The notes: generated from the letters alone by a model not told the origin. Positions 17,124-26,884 are shown, counted from the first letter of the stretch. The stretch is DNA of 64,000 bases from Candidatus Iainarchaeum sp. (GCA_040755695.1 JBFMAK010000003.1:101879-165878), one strand, 5' to 3'. Numbers and translations: made by a program.

Positions 17124-17711
17124 TTAAATGAGCTCTTTCTCTAATTCAATTAAATTATATAATACGCCATATTTTCTGCCTTTGATTTTTTTTCCTGTTT
17201 CCTGCCATTTAAGGTATTTTAGTGCCTTAAGTTTTCTGGGGTCTGTTATGTTCACATATGTTTTGGCTTTTTTGTGGCCTAAGTTACTAAGAATTATTTC
17301 AGCAGTCTTTAGAGCATTGTTGGCGTCAAAAGCAGTTCTATGCTCAGGAAGAATTGAAAATCCCCCTATTTCTCCTGTGCTTGGGCGAATTGAAATTGTT
17401 CCAATCTTTTCCCCTGCTTTATTTATAACAAAATACCATCTTCTACTGTCTTTGATTAATTCTTTTGGGGTTCTCGGGATAGCAAGGAAGCGATTTTTTG
17501 ATTTCTTCATTAATTCAATGGCTTGAAATGCATCTCCTAATTGAAGCTTGAAACCCTTTCTCACAGGAATAAGATTATAAAAGCCGGTAATCTTTCTTTT
17601 CATAACAAAAAAGTAAAGGTTATAATTAATAAGCTTAATCACTATCCAAACAAAAAAGGGTTTATAGTAACTAATTTCTTTCCTGCCTTTTGCGAGCCAC
17701 TTGAGGGACAT
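17124..17711 (-). CDS. Hypothetical protein (possible acyl/acetyltransferase-like)
   Basis: 195 aa. Weak GNAT-like segment GTISIRPSTGEIGGFSILPEHR. Low confidence. Confidence 0.3.
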   Translation of the reverse strand: MSLKWLAKGRKEISYYKPFFVWIVIKLINYNLYFFVMKRKITGFYNLIPVRKGFKLQLGDAFQAIELMKKSKNRFLAIPRTPKELIKDSRRWYFVINKAGEKIGTISIRPSTGEIGGFSILPEHRTAFDANNALKTAEIILSNLGHKKAKTYVNITDPRKLKALKYLKWQETGKKIKGRKYGVLYNLIELEKELI

Positions 17712-17815
17712 TTTTGGTTATTGCGGGGCATTTACTAGGAAAGCATGCATATTTGAATCGTTAACCAATCGTTTAATTTTTCATTCAATCGTTTAATTAA
17801 ATAAAAAAAGTTTTT

Positions 17816-18829
17816 TTATTGTTTTAAGAAATAGTTGGTGGCTTTGCCTTTTCCGTTTCTCGCAATAAAATTGAGTTTAATTAATTCATTTAAATCAAAA
17901 GTAGCGGTTGCCTTCGTAACATTAAACATTTTACAGAATTGACTGGAATTAATTCTATTCATTTTCTGACTCAAGAAATTCAGCGCCTTAATCTGCCTTT
18001 CATTCAATCCTAGTTCTCTTAAATCAATTATTCTGGAGTCCTTAATTAAGTCCAAAATTTTTTCTTTCGGGCCAGGAAAGGTTACTTGAAAGGAAGCTCT
18101 TCTTGCTTCAAAGACAGGTTCTTTCAGTCCATGCTCTTTCATTAATTTTTTCATTTTGTTTAATCCTGAGCCAAGTCTTTCGACTTCATTTATTTTATTG
18201 AATAATTTAAGCAATAACTTGTTTCGAGGAAAACTCTTGTTCATTACTTCTTTTAGGGTTAAACCGAATGGAATGCTTCCGGGTGAAACAACCTCAATTC
18301 TGTCGTCAAAAATGTTAACGAAAACAAGAGTTGAATTAAAGTAGTAGTTTCTGTGGCATACTGCGTTAATGATTGCTTCTCTTATGGCAGTATAAGGATA
18401 TTCTTCTTTGTCAATTCTTTGAAATCCAATAAACTTTGAAGCAATCCTTGTATTCTTTTTAACAAATGTTTCGGCTTCGTTAACCAAATACAATAAATCG
18501 CCGGACAAGTCAGCTCTATCCAAAATATTGAATTTGTCTGTTCCTTGATAGCGAACGCAAGTAATGCAGGATTGCTCAACAAATTTTTCAGGTTCTAAAG
18601 CAAAAAATAAGACGCCAGCATTATTAACTGCCAAAACATTATCGGTCAATCTTGCAACACCAAGCTTCCATAAAGCATCTTCAATATTTAACTCTTCATT
18701 TATTCCTGCTTTATGCAAAAAATCATGCAATTTGTTTCTATCTAAATCTATTTCAATAGAAAAGTTTTCGCACAATAATTCGTCAAAGCCTTCCCCGTTA
18801 CTTAATTCCTCTCTTAAACCAACCGCCAA
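17816..18829 (-). CDS. COG2865-like putative transcriptional regulator (Schlafen/HATPase_c_4-like domain plus C-terminal HTH)
   Basis: YTAIREAIINAVCHRNY motif typical of HATPase_c_4/RecG-C-terminal-like regulators. C-terminal HTH-like LNERQIKALNFLSQKMNRINSSQFCKMFNVTKATATFDL. Confidence 0.5.
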   Translation of the reverse strand: MAVGLREELSNGEGFDELLCENFSIEIDLDRNKLHDFLHKAGINEELNIEDALWKLGVARLTDNVLAVNNAGVLFFALEPEKFVEQSCITCVRYQGTDKFNILDRADLSGDLLYLVNEAETFVKKNTRIASKFIGFQRIDKEEYPYTAIREAIINAVCHRNYYFNSTLVFVNIFDDRIEVVSPGSIPFGLTLKEVMNKSFPRNKLLLKLFNKINEVERLGSGLNKMKKLMKEHGLKEPVFEARRASFQVTFPGPKEKILDLIKDSRIIDLRELGLNERQIKALNFLSQKMNRINSSQFCKMFNVTKATATFDLNELIKLNFIARNGKGKATNYFLKQ

Positions 18830-18963
18830 AAAAACAATTCATGCAACATAAAGGAGGAGGAAACGAAAACAAATAAAAATCATTCCCTTCGTTATGGTAC
18901 GTTATCATACCAAAACAGAAGATTTAAATTTTGTTCTATTCAAGCATTGTTTTGGTGAAAGAA

Positions 18964-19320
18964 ATGAGGGAAAGCGTCTTCTTGGATTTCTTGGGAAACT
19001 CGCCTACAGCGCGGGTTTTGGACTTCCTTATTACTGGAAGAGAATTTGATTACTCTCTGACTGACATAGCCGAAAAATCTGAAATAGGCTGGACGACCTT
19101 GCACAGGATTCTACCATCACTGAAGAAAATGGAAATACTTGTCCCTACAAGGGCAGTAGGGAGGGCAAGGCTGTACAAGCTCAACCAAAAAAACGAGAAC
19201 GTGAAGAAGCTGATTGAATTGTACGACAGCCTGCTCAAAAGAGAGTTGGGCAAGGCAGAAGAAGAAAGCAGAGTGAAAGCAGTTGCAATTGAAAAGACAA
19301 GAAAAAGAACTAAAAACTAA
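18964..19320 (+). CDS. Winged-helix transcriptional regulator
   Basis: VLDFLITG ... LTDIAEKSEIGWTTLHRILPSLKKMEILVPTRAVGRARLYKLN is a wHTH. Start at internal ATG (MRESVFLDFL). Confidence 0.5.
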   Translation: MRESVFLDFLGNSPTARVLDFLITGREFDYSLTDIAEKSEIGWTTLHRILPSLKKMEILVPTRAVGRARLYKLNQKNENVKKLIELYDSLLKRELGKAEEESRVKAVAIEKTRKRTKN

Positions 19321-19334
19321 TTAAACAGAATTAA

Positions 19335-19502
19335 GGGAGGTATCAGAACCTGTTGGAGGGAGGTATCGGATCCTATCGAAGGGGGGTATCGGAACCGTGG
19401 GTTCTGATAAGTACTACCAAGCGAATGCGAAGGTAGTACTGTGATGTCAACTGGCACTGGCAGTTGTTAAAAATTAGAAGAAGGAAAGCATTGCGCTTTC
19501 CT
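19335..19502. repeat. GC-rich structured region: three direct repeats gGGAGGTATCrGAwCC at 23-nt spacing plus several inverted repeats
   Basis: Direct repeats at 19335-19350, 19358-19373 and 19381-19396. Inverted repeats: tatcagaacc (19341-50) with ggttctgata (19400-09); gtactacc...ggtagtac (19411-39); ggaaagc-attgc-gctttcc (19483-19501). Confidence 0.45.
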
Positions 19503-19712
19503 CCTTTGCCTTTTGTCTTCTTTTGCAGAATTCGGGGTGATATACCCGGTGTATTATTATAGGCGTTGAATTTATTAACCTTTTGGCATCTGAAAAGCTA
19601 ACCTTTGGGCAAGAAAAATTTTGGATTATTTACTTGAATTTATTGCCTTCTTTTAATTAAATATTTAAATTTTTTCTAATGGAGATTAATTTAGCTGAAA
19701 GAGGCAGAAAAA

Positions 19713-19886
19713 ATGGACTTAAGCCATTACATCAAGAAAAACAGGGTTAAAGCAGGAGACTTTGGGGCTCCAGCCAAGAGATGCCTTCAATGCGGCAAAG
19801 AATTAGAGAGAAACGAATCCCATTTATACTACCAAAGCTTCTGCTGCGAATTCTGCAAGCAAAAATACCTAAGCCCGAAATTATAA
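19713..19886 (+). CDS. Small zinc-ribbon protein (57 aa, CxxC...CCxxC)
   Basis: Translates to MDLSHYIKKNRVKAGDFGAPAKRCLQCGKELERNESHLYYQSFCCEFCKQKYLSPKL. Below the ORF-track length cutoff, so not listed there. Confidence 0.4.
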   Translation: MDLSHYIKKNRVKAGDFGAPAKRCLQCGKELERNESHLYYQSFCCEFCKQKYLSPKL

Positions 19887-19953
19887 TTTAAAGCAGGTTT
19901 GGAAAAGTTAAAGCGAAAAGCTTTTAAATAACTTAATTCTATGTTAATTCAAC

Positions 19954-21942
19954 ATGAAAAAAACCCAATACGCCCAAGGTCTTCCACACACCACTCTGAA
20001 GATGCTAGCATTCTCTTTATTCCTGATTTCAGGACTCACATTATTGTCTACCCTTCTTTCACCTTCAGAAGGCTGGAAAGTAAAAACGCCTTACACAATA
20101 TTATTAGAAGGAGAGGAAGGAGCACCACCCTCGCCTCCACCAGAAACAATTTCTCCTCCTCCAGAACAACAAGGGCCTCCACCTGAAGGAATGCCTCCCG
20201 AAGGAGCGCCACCACAAGGAGACCAAGGGCCTCCGCCAGAGGGAATGCCTCCACAAAGAGAACAGCCTCCTCAAATGACTGCAGAGCAGATGTACCAGCA
20301 ATTGCCTGCAGAGGTAATTAATGCTGGAGTCAGCTTATCAGACATTCAATCTTTATACAGCATGGGAATAACAGACCCTGCGACAATGCATGTCCAAATA
20401 GGAAATTTAATTGCAGAAAAAATGGCTCCGCAAGGAGTAAGCGAAGGAATGCAAGGAATGGGGCCTCCGTCAGGAGAGGGAGGGCAAGCGCCTCCATGTA
20501 ATAGCCCTGAAGAATGCCAGGCTTACTGTTCTGATCCAGCTCACGCGCAAGAATGCCAGGGAATGGGCCCAGGAGGACAACAAGGAGAACCATTTGGACA
20601 AGGAATGGAGCCACAGCAAGGAGAACAAGGAGGAGAAATGAGGGAAGGCCCAGGAGGCTGCAAGAGCATGAGCGAATGCATTGCTTATTGTAAAGATCCA
20701 GCGCACAGAGAGGAATGCGGAAGAAAAGGGCCACCTGAAAAGAAAAAAGGCGGGCCACCTGAAGGAATGATTCCAGACAGAGTGCCTCAAGAAGTAGTTG
20801 ACGCAGGAGCAACACAAGAATTCCTTGAAGTAATTTGCTCTAACATGAAATGGCACATGGAATGCGATTTTTTGGGCGCAGTGGATGCAGCAAAAGAAAA
20901 CTTCTCTCAGGCAGGAACAGAAATAGGAATGACCTTTGATTTCAGCAATTTAGAAGCATTAAAGGCATTGGTTAGAACAAGAATTGACGCCATGTGCAAT
21001 TCAACTCAAGACAATTTTGGAACAAACATGAAAACATTCATGGAGTTTGTTAACAGCGGTATAATGGACTCTGCAATGGAAGGGATTGGAGGGCAGGTTG
21101 AAGATTTCATGATGCAGAAAGCCCAAATCATTGAAAGCCAAATGGGCAATCCAGAAGAGATTGGAAGGCAAATGCAGGCTTTAGGCGACCAAATGAGGCA
21201 AACACAAGATCCAGTTCAACAGCAGGCACTGCAAGCACAAATGAATGAACTGCAGCAGAAAGCACAGCAAATGCAGAGCACTGGACAGGAAATGCAGGCT
21301 TTAGGAAACAAGATGGAGCAGATTTTCGGCAACATGGAGCAGAAAATGGAGGCATCAATGCAGGCAAACAAGTTAAAACCTGAATGCCAGGAGATGGAGA
21401 AGAGGGCAGTTGAAGCCGAATTGGCTCTTAACTATAAAATGTTGGATTTTGGTTTAAAGATGGTTGAAGAACAGGAAATAGAATTAAGAAAGTATGGCAT
21501 TGAAGTAGAAGAATTAGCTGAATTAAAGGCTTGGTTAATGCAACAGCGAGAGAAAATAAAGACTGTGTTTGCTGTTGGAGCGACAGATGAAGCAAAGTTT
21601 GCTTTCGTTAAAGAAATGCAGGATGGAATGGCTAAATGGGAGAGAGAAATACCTAAAGCAATAATAAAGGAGTTAGCTGGCACTTTTGTTCCAAGAGCAA
21701 AAGAAAACATTGAGAAGTACAGGCTGGCAGCAAAATACGCTAAATCAATTGGAAAGAATAATGAAGCAAAGCTATTGAATGAATTGGCAAACGAAATTGA
21801 AGATTATGTGGTGGCAGTGCAAGAAAAACTCAAGACAGCATTCACACAAAAAGACCTTGAAGACCTGAAATTATATTTCATAAAAATATTTAATGCAGAC
21901 AAGGAAGCAAGAGAAATCTATGACGCTTTAAAAGAAGCTTAA
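19954..21942 (+). CDS. Secreted/membrane-anchored protein with Pro-rich repeats, duplicated Cys motif and Gln-rich coiled-coil region
   Basis: N-terminal hydrophobic anchor (LAFSLFLISGLTLLSTLL). PPEGMPPEGAPPQG repeats. Two copies of CxxxEC(Q/I)AYC(S/K)DPAHxxEC. MQALGDQMRQ.../MQALGNKMEQ... heptad-like Q-rich repeats. Confidence 0.6.
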   Translation: MKKTQYAQGLPHTTLKMLAFSLFLISGLTLLSTLLSPSEGWKVKTPYTILLEGEEGAPPSPPPETISPPPEQQGPPPEGMPPEGAPPQGDQGPPPEGMPPQREQPPQMTAEQMYQQLPAEVINAGVSLSDIQSLYSMGITDPATMHVQIGNLIAEKMAPQGVSEGMQGMGPPSGEGGQAPPCNSPEECQAYCSDPAHAQECQGMGPGGQQGEPFGQGMEPQQGEQGGEMREGPGGCKSMSECIAYCKDPAHREECGRKGPPEKKKGGPPEGMIPDRVPQEVVDAGATQEFLEVICSNMKWHMECDFLGAVDAAKENFSQAGTEIGMTFDFSNLEALKALVRTRIDAMCNSTQDNFGTNMKTFMEFVNSGIMDSAMEGIGGQVEDFMMQKAQIIESQMGNPEEIGRQMQALGDQMRQTQDPVQQQALQAQMNELQQKAQQMQSTGQEMQALGNKMEQIFGNMEQKMEASMQANKLKPECQEMEKRAVEAELALNYKMLDFGLKMVEEQEIELRKYGIEVEELAELKAWLMQQREKIKTVFAVGATDEAKFAFVKEMQDGMAKWEREIPKAIIKELAGTFVPRAKENIEKYRLAAKYAKSIGKNNEAKLLNELANEIEDYVVAVQEKLKTAFTQKDLEDLKLYFIKIFNADKEAREIYDALKEA

Positions 21943-21957
21943 AAGAAGTGAATTGAA

Positions 21958-22221
21958 ATGAATAAATTAAAACAAAAAATTTTGGTTTTGGGATTAATTG
22001 CACTAATTCTGCTAATGATAGGTTGCACTCAACCAAGCGCTCAGGGCGGCACAGGAAAAACAACAGGAGAAACCCTGAAAAGCGGTGCAGAATTAGAGAA
22101 CTTAAGCGACTTGCCTAACCCTGCATTAGGGGAAACTGACTACTTGGACGCAATTGGGGCAGCAGGAGACACAACAAACGCAATTCCAACAAAGCCCAAG
22201 ACCCCAACAACAGGCAAGTAA
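21958..22221 (+). CDS. Small secreted/lipoprotein-like protein
   Basis: Signal-like N-terminus LVLGLIALILLMIGC followed by a Gly/Thr-rich tail. Confidence 0.45.
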   Translation: MNKLKQKILVLGLIALILLMIGCTQPSAQGGTGKTTGETLKSGAELENLSDLPNPALGETDYLDAIGAAGDTTNAIPTKPKTPTTGK

Positions 22222-22303
22222 AAAAAAAAAATTCTTTCGTTTTCTGTCGTATGAAAAAATTTTTAATTAGTGCCCTCTATTTTTTTGGTTAGAGGGAGCT
22301 GGA

Positions 22304-23779
22304 TTGCACGCAAAGGAAAGAATTGAAGAAAGAGAGAAAAGAGAAACTGAAAGGCTTTTAGGCTTCAGGACAAGAAAAATAAAGAAAGAATTAATCCGCA
22401 AATTTCTGCTTAAAACTGATTCTATTGAATTGATTGAATTAAAAAACAGGCAGAAAATATACTTCCTCAAAGAATTCCCGGAGCTCTCGCTCGAAGAAGC
22501 AGAACTAGTGAAAGAGACAGTGGAAGAATTCCAGGCAAAAGAAGGCAGAGGAGAAGAAAAGAACTTGGCAAAAGAATTCAATTCCTACTGCAGGAGAAAC
22601 CTAATTGAATTAGACAGGGAACAAAAGAACTACCTGTACAAGCTGATAGAATCAATTGCATTCGGTTTCGGGCCATTAAACGCAATTCTTGCAGACGACA
22701 GCATAGAAGAAGTAAGCCTGGCAGGCTTAAGCGCAAGAAATCCAGTGCGCGTGTTCGAGAAAAGCCAAGGATGGATTGAAACCAACTTATATTACTCATC
22801 AGAGCAGACAGTCAAGGACTTAGTGAACAAGATGGCTAGAAAGATAGGGAGAAGGCTTTCAATGCAGACACCAAAAATAAATGCTGTCCTGCCAGACGGC
22901 TCAAGATTGAATGCAACAATAAAGCCTGTATCTTTTACCGGTCCAAGCTTTACTATAAGAAAATTCAGGGAAGAGCCTTTCACCCCATTAGACCTCATAA
23001 GAAACAATACCTTTACAGCAGAATTAATGGCCTTTACCTGGCTGGCACTGGAATCAGATGCAAGCATTGTGGTTGCAGGAAACACAGGCTCAGGAAAAAC
23101 TACCACATTGAATTCCCTCTTCAGTTTTGTTCCAAAAAACGAGAGAATAATTGCAGTAGAAGAAACCCCAGAAATAAAACTGCCTCACAGGCACTTAATC
23201 AAATTAAATACAATTGAAAGCCTTGGAATAGGAATGCAGGAACTTATAACAGACACACTGAGAATGAGGCCTGACAGGATAATTGTAGGGGAAATAAGAA
23301 GCAGGGAAGAAATAAACGCATTCATTGACACAATGCTCGCAGGACAAGGAAAGGGAAGCTATGCAACATTTCACGCGCAAAGCTCGCAGGAAGCAGTAAC
23401 AAGAATGAAAAATTACGGGATAATAGACCTAGACCTCCAATCAATTGACCTCATGCTAATACAGAAGAGATGGACTCAAGTAAACCTGAAGAAAAAACAG
23501 AGAAAGGAGACAAGGAAAATAATTGAAGCAAGCGAAATTCTATTGCAGGAGGGCAAGCTGAAGCTCAACAAATTATACGAATTCAATTACAAGAAAAACG
23601 AATTAGAGAAAAAAAGCCACGGCATTAAAGCAATGCAGAAGATAATGAACTGCTTGGGCTTAAGCAAAAGGAAAGCAGAAAAAGAAATAAAAAGAAGGGA
23701 AAAAATGCTCAAAAAAATGCTTGCAGAAAAATACAGCTTGAAGGAATTCTTTGAAAGAATAAACCAAGAAATGCAGTGA
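22304..23779 (+). CDS. Type IV pilus/Tad-like secretion ATPase (FlaI/TadA/CpaF, VirB11 superfamily)
   Basis: Walker A VVAGNTGSGKTT, Asp box and His box (RIIVGEIRS...ATFHA). TTG start preceded by AGAGGGAG RBS. Confidence 0.85.
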   Translation: MHAKERIEEREKRETERLLGFRTRKIKKELIRKFLLKTDSIELIELKNRQKIYFLKEFPELSLEEAELVKETVEEFQAKEGRGEEKNLAKEFNSYCRRNLIELDREQKNYLYKLIESIAFGFGPLNAILADDSIEEVSLAGLSARNPVRVFEKSQGWIETNLYYSSEQTVKDLVNKMARKIGRRLSMQTPKINAVLPDGSRLNATIKPVSFTGPSFTIRKFREEPFTPLDLIRNNTFTAELMAFTWLALESDASIVVAGNTGSGKTTTLNSLFSFVPKNERIIAVEETPEIKLPHRHLIKLNTIESLGIGMQELITDTLRMRPDRIIVGEIRSREEINAFIDTMLAGQGKGSYATFHAQSSQEAVTRMKNYGIIDLDLQSIDLMLIQKRWTQVNLKKKQRKETRKIIEASEILLQEGKLKLNKLYEFNYKKNELEKKSHGIKAMQKIMNCLGLSKRKAEKEIKRREKMLKKMLAEKYSLKEFFERINQEMQ

Positions 23780-23785
23780 GAAAAA

Positions 23786-24601
23786 ATGAAAATTGAAGAA
23801 GAAAAAGAAAAAATTTTGCTTGAAACACAAAAAAACCTTGAGAAAGCAAGGATAAACAAAAACGCAGAAAAATACTGGAAGGAAATTATTGCTTATTCTT
23901 CAATTGCAACAATAATTGCCTGGATTACTGCAGCGCTTTTAACACAGGAAATAATATTGAGCGCAATCCTTGCATTCACGCTTCTTGTTCTCGGAATCGC
24001 CTTGGGATACTATTATCCCTTGCACAAAAAGAATTCGATTGCAGGAGAAATAGAGAAGGAACTGCCTTTCGCCTTAATGTCAATGGCTGTAGAATTGAAC
24101 ATGAACCTGCCCTTCGAGAAGGCATTGAAGAATGCATCAAAAAGGAATTATGGAATTCTTTCAAAAGAATTGGAGAGGGCAACAAGAGAGATTTCATTGA
24201 AAGGAGCAAGCATACAGGAAGCCTTACTGCACTTGAGCGAGAGAATTGACTCAAGAAACTTGAAGAGGAGCATTGCACACTTGGTGAGCGTGAACGAACA
24301 GGGAAGCAAGAACGAGAGAGGAGAGCCAATAAAAAGGATTGCAAAAGAGCTTCTCTCAAAGCAGAGGGCAGAAGCAAAAGAATTTTCTGGAAAATTGATA
24401 ATCCTCTCACTGCTCTTCATTGCAGTCTCAGCAATAATCCCTGCAATGTTCCTGGCATTTGTCTCAATAGGCTCAATGTTCCTTGCAATAGAATTCACTC
24501 CAATCCAGGTAATAATAATTTCAGTAGTAGTCTTCCCTGCAATAGACTTGGCAATACTCTACCTAGTAAAACTCAAGACTCCAGTCTTTCTGAGGGAATA
24601 A
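23786..24601 (+). CDS. T2SS-F domain membrane protein (TadB-like half of FlaJ)
   Basis: Polytopic membrane protein. The cytoplasmic helical domain ELPFALMSMAVELNMNLPFEKALKNA resembles T2SSF. Confidence 0.7.
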   Translation: MKIEEEKEKILLETQKNLEKARINKNAEKYWKEIIAYSSIATIIAWITAALLTQEIILSAILAFTLLVLGIALGYYYPLHKKNSIAGEIEKELPFALMSMAVELNMNLPFEKALKNASKRNYGILSKELERATREISLKGASIQEALLHLSERIDSRNLKRSIAHLVSVNEQGSKNERGEPIKRIAKELLSKQRAEAKEFSGKLIILSLLFIAVSAIIPAMFLAFVSIGSMFLAIEFTPIQVIIISVVVFPAIDLAILYLVKLKTPVFLRE

Positions 24602-24604
24602 AAA

Positions 24605-25540
24605 ATGAAAATCATTCCTTCATTCAATTCAATAATAGAATATTTTTTTGGGAAAAAAAGCAGGATAGAATTCGAGGAAATGCTGAAAGAGAATGAGTGC
24701 AAGAAAAATTTGGAAGGAATAATAAAAGAAAGCCTCTTGCACGGCGCAGTTGCAGCGACAATTCTTTTCTCAATTCTTATATTCCTTGAATTCCCTTTTT
24801 TTTACTCAATAATTTTCTCATTAACTGCATTCTTCGCGCCTTTAATCCTCCAATACTCTTTTCAACTGCTATTGTTTGAGAAAAGAAAAAGAGAAAAAGA
24901 AAGAATGGTTCCTGACCTGCTACTGCAGGCAAGCCTTTTTCCGAGAGGTACAGCAACAACAAAAATAATAAGCTACATGGCCAAAACAGAATTCGGCCTG
25001 CTCAGCAAGGAATTCAAAAAAGTCAATTCAGAGATAAGGAAAGGAGCATCAATAGAAAAAGCGCTTTCAAGGATGCAGCAGAGATGCAAGAGCAAGATCG
25101 TAGAGAGGGCAGCAGACCTTTTAATTCAAGGCCACTCAAGCGGGGCAGAAATGCACTCTGTGTTCAAGGAGACAGCAGAAGACGTCCTTGAAACGCAATC
25201 AATTATAAGGGAAAGGAATGCAACAACAACAATAGAAAAATACACTGTACTAATGGCAGCCGCAATAATAGTACCATTAATTTTAGGGTTGATTGTAGGG
25301 CTGATAGAAGGACTGAATTTCCAGGGCATTGCAGAGCTGAGCCTTGGATTGAGTTCAAAAGAGAGAAAGGCACTGCTTGAAGCAGCACTCACAGCAAACT
25401 TCTCATACATAATTGAATATTCCTTGATTGCCTCCATCTTCATTTCACACCATGAAGGCAACAAAAAGAAAGCAATAATTTACTCCCTTATACTAATCCC
25501 TGCAAGCATAATCACTTACACGATTGCAAGGGCATTGTGA
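24605..25540 (+). CDS. T2SS-F domain membrane protein (TadC-like half of FlaJ)
   Basis: Second T2SSF-like protein. It follows the first after a 4-nt gap, consistent with a split platform protein. Confidence 0.7.
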   Translation: MKIIPSFNSIIEYFFGKKSRIEFEEMLKENECKKNLEGIIKESLLHGAVAATILFSILIFLEFPFFYSIIFSLTAFFAPLILQYSFQLLLFEKRKREKERMVPDLLLQASLFPRGTATTKIISYMAKTEFGLLSKEFKKVNSEIRKGASIEKALSRMQQRCKSKIVERAADLLIQGHSSGAEMHSVFKETAEDVLETQSIIRERNATTTIEKYTVLMAAAIIVPLILGLIVGLIEGLNFQGIAELSLGLSSKERKALLEAALTANFSYIIEYSLIASIFISHHEGNKKKAIIYSLILIPASIITYTIARAL

Positions 25541-25595
25541 GAATAAAAGCAAAAAAATTTATTTTGTTCTATTATAAATATAAATGTGATAAAAA

Positions 25596-25760
25596 ATGAG
25601 CATGAAATGCATTCACTGCAATACGCCGACAAAAAAAGTTTCAGCAAAAAGGAAATACTTCAACAGATGCTTAATTGAAAATGTGCAGATACTAAAATGC
25701 ACTAAATGCGGAGAAAAATATTTAGATGAAAACGAATACGAAAAAATAAAAATAATTTGA
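25596..25760 (+). CDS. Small zinc-ribbon protein (54 aa, CxxC...CxxC; YgiT/MqsA-type zinc finger-like)
   Basis: MSMKCIHCNTPTKKVSAKRKYFNRCLIENVQILKCTKCGEKYLDENEYEKIKII. Unlisted in the ORF track because it is under 60 aa. Confidence 0.4.
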   Translation: MSMKCIHCNTPTKKVSAKRKYFNRCLIENVQILKCTKCGEKYLDENEYEKIKII

Positions 25761-25774
25761 GAGGTGGTAAAAAA

Positions 25775-26056
25775 ATGAACTGGCGGAAGGCATTGCTTGG
25801 GGATTCAACCAAATACAGCTGGTACAATAAAGACGAATTGGAGGACAACAGGTTCACGTATTACCTGATTGTAGCAAATTATTTCCTTGTATGGGTTTTT
25901 TTCGGCGCATTGTTCCTGATGAAATTTGAGTTCAAGTACTGGATGAGCTTCCTAATACTGGGCCATTTATACATAATTGCCTTGTTGTTGATGAAGCTGA
26001 ACAACTTCGCTTTCATTTACCTGAATTCCCAGCTCAAAAAAGAGAAAAGGAAATAA
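25775..26056 (+). CDS. Hypothetical membrane protein
   Basis: Start at internal ATG after GAGGTGG RBS. Two TM helices. Confidence 0.4.
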   Translation: MNWRKALLGDSTKYSWYNKDELEDNRFTYYLIVANYFLVWVFFGALFLMKFEFKYWMSFLILGHLYIIALLLMKLNNFAFIYLNSQLKKEKRK

Positions 26057-26134
26057 ATAAGGAAAAATAGCGCAAGAGTTTTAAATATTAAGGACATAAT
26101 GTTAATAGAAAAAATAAAAGGGGCGCAATAAAAA

Positions 26135-26884
26135 ATGCCTGAAGAAATAAAAGTGAATTTTATTGAATATGAAAAAATGGATTTCTCTGACTACACACTG
26201 ATCGAAGGATTCCCGGGAATGGGCCTTGTAGGCACAATAGGAGCAAAATACCTGGCTGAAAGAATGAACTTCAGGGAAATAGGCTACATTGATGCTAATG
26301 TATTCATCCCAATAATAAGAATTCATCAAGGCATTCCAGTAAACCCCTCAAGGATTTATGCAAACGATAAATTGAAGCTGGCAATAATAATCTCCGAGCA
26401 AATAATCCCAAGATATTATACGGACAAACTGGCAAAAGCCGTAGTTGAATGGATCAAAGAAAAGAAGTTCAAAAGGCTCATATCGCTTGAAGGAATTAAC
26501 GCCGACCCAACGCAAAGCAAGGAAACCATTTACGGCATTGCAGCAAACGAGAAATCAAAGAAACTCTTGGACCAGTACGGCATAAAAATTGTAAGCGAAG
26601 GAATAACAACAGGCATAACCTCCCTCATGCTGTTAGAACTAAAGAAAACCAACATGGAGGCATTCAGCATTCTGGGGAATGTCAATATCCAGGCAGACTA
26701 CAAGGCAGCAGCAGCTCTCCTGGAAAAACTAAACCTGATATTAGGCTTGAACATAAGCATTGAGCCTTTAATGAAAGAAGCAAAAGAAACAGAGAAAGAA
26801 TTATTGAAGCATTTGGAGAACATAAAGAGAACCCACGGCGCAGTACAGAAACTCGAAGAAGACCAACCTCCAATGTACACGTGA
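26135..26884 (+). CDS. PAC2-family proteasome assembly chaperone
   Basis: LIEGFPGMGLVGTIGAKYL is the hallmark N-terminal motif of the PAC2 family (archaeal PbaA/B-like). Confidence 0.7.
   Translation: MPEEIKVNFIEYEKMDFSDYTLIEGFPGMGLVGTIGAKYLAERMNFREIGYIDANVFIPIIRIHQGIPVNPSRIYANDKLKLAIIISEQIIPRYYTDKLAKAVVEWIKEKKFKRLISLEGINADPTQSKETIYGIAANEKSKKLLDQYGIKIVSEGITTGITSLMLLELKKTNMEAFSILGNVNIQADYKAAAALLEKLNLILGLNISIEPLMKEAKETEKELLKHLENIKRTHGAVQKLEEDQPPMYT

Noticed and set aside
20048-20856. Several antisense and alternative-frame ORFs (20048..20254, 20104..20301, 20330..20815, 20470..20856, 19941..20186) inside the Pro/Gln-rich gene
   Set aside because: They are low-complexity translations of the opposite strand or shifted frames of GC-richer repeat-coding sequence. 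They have no start context or domain signal.
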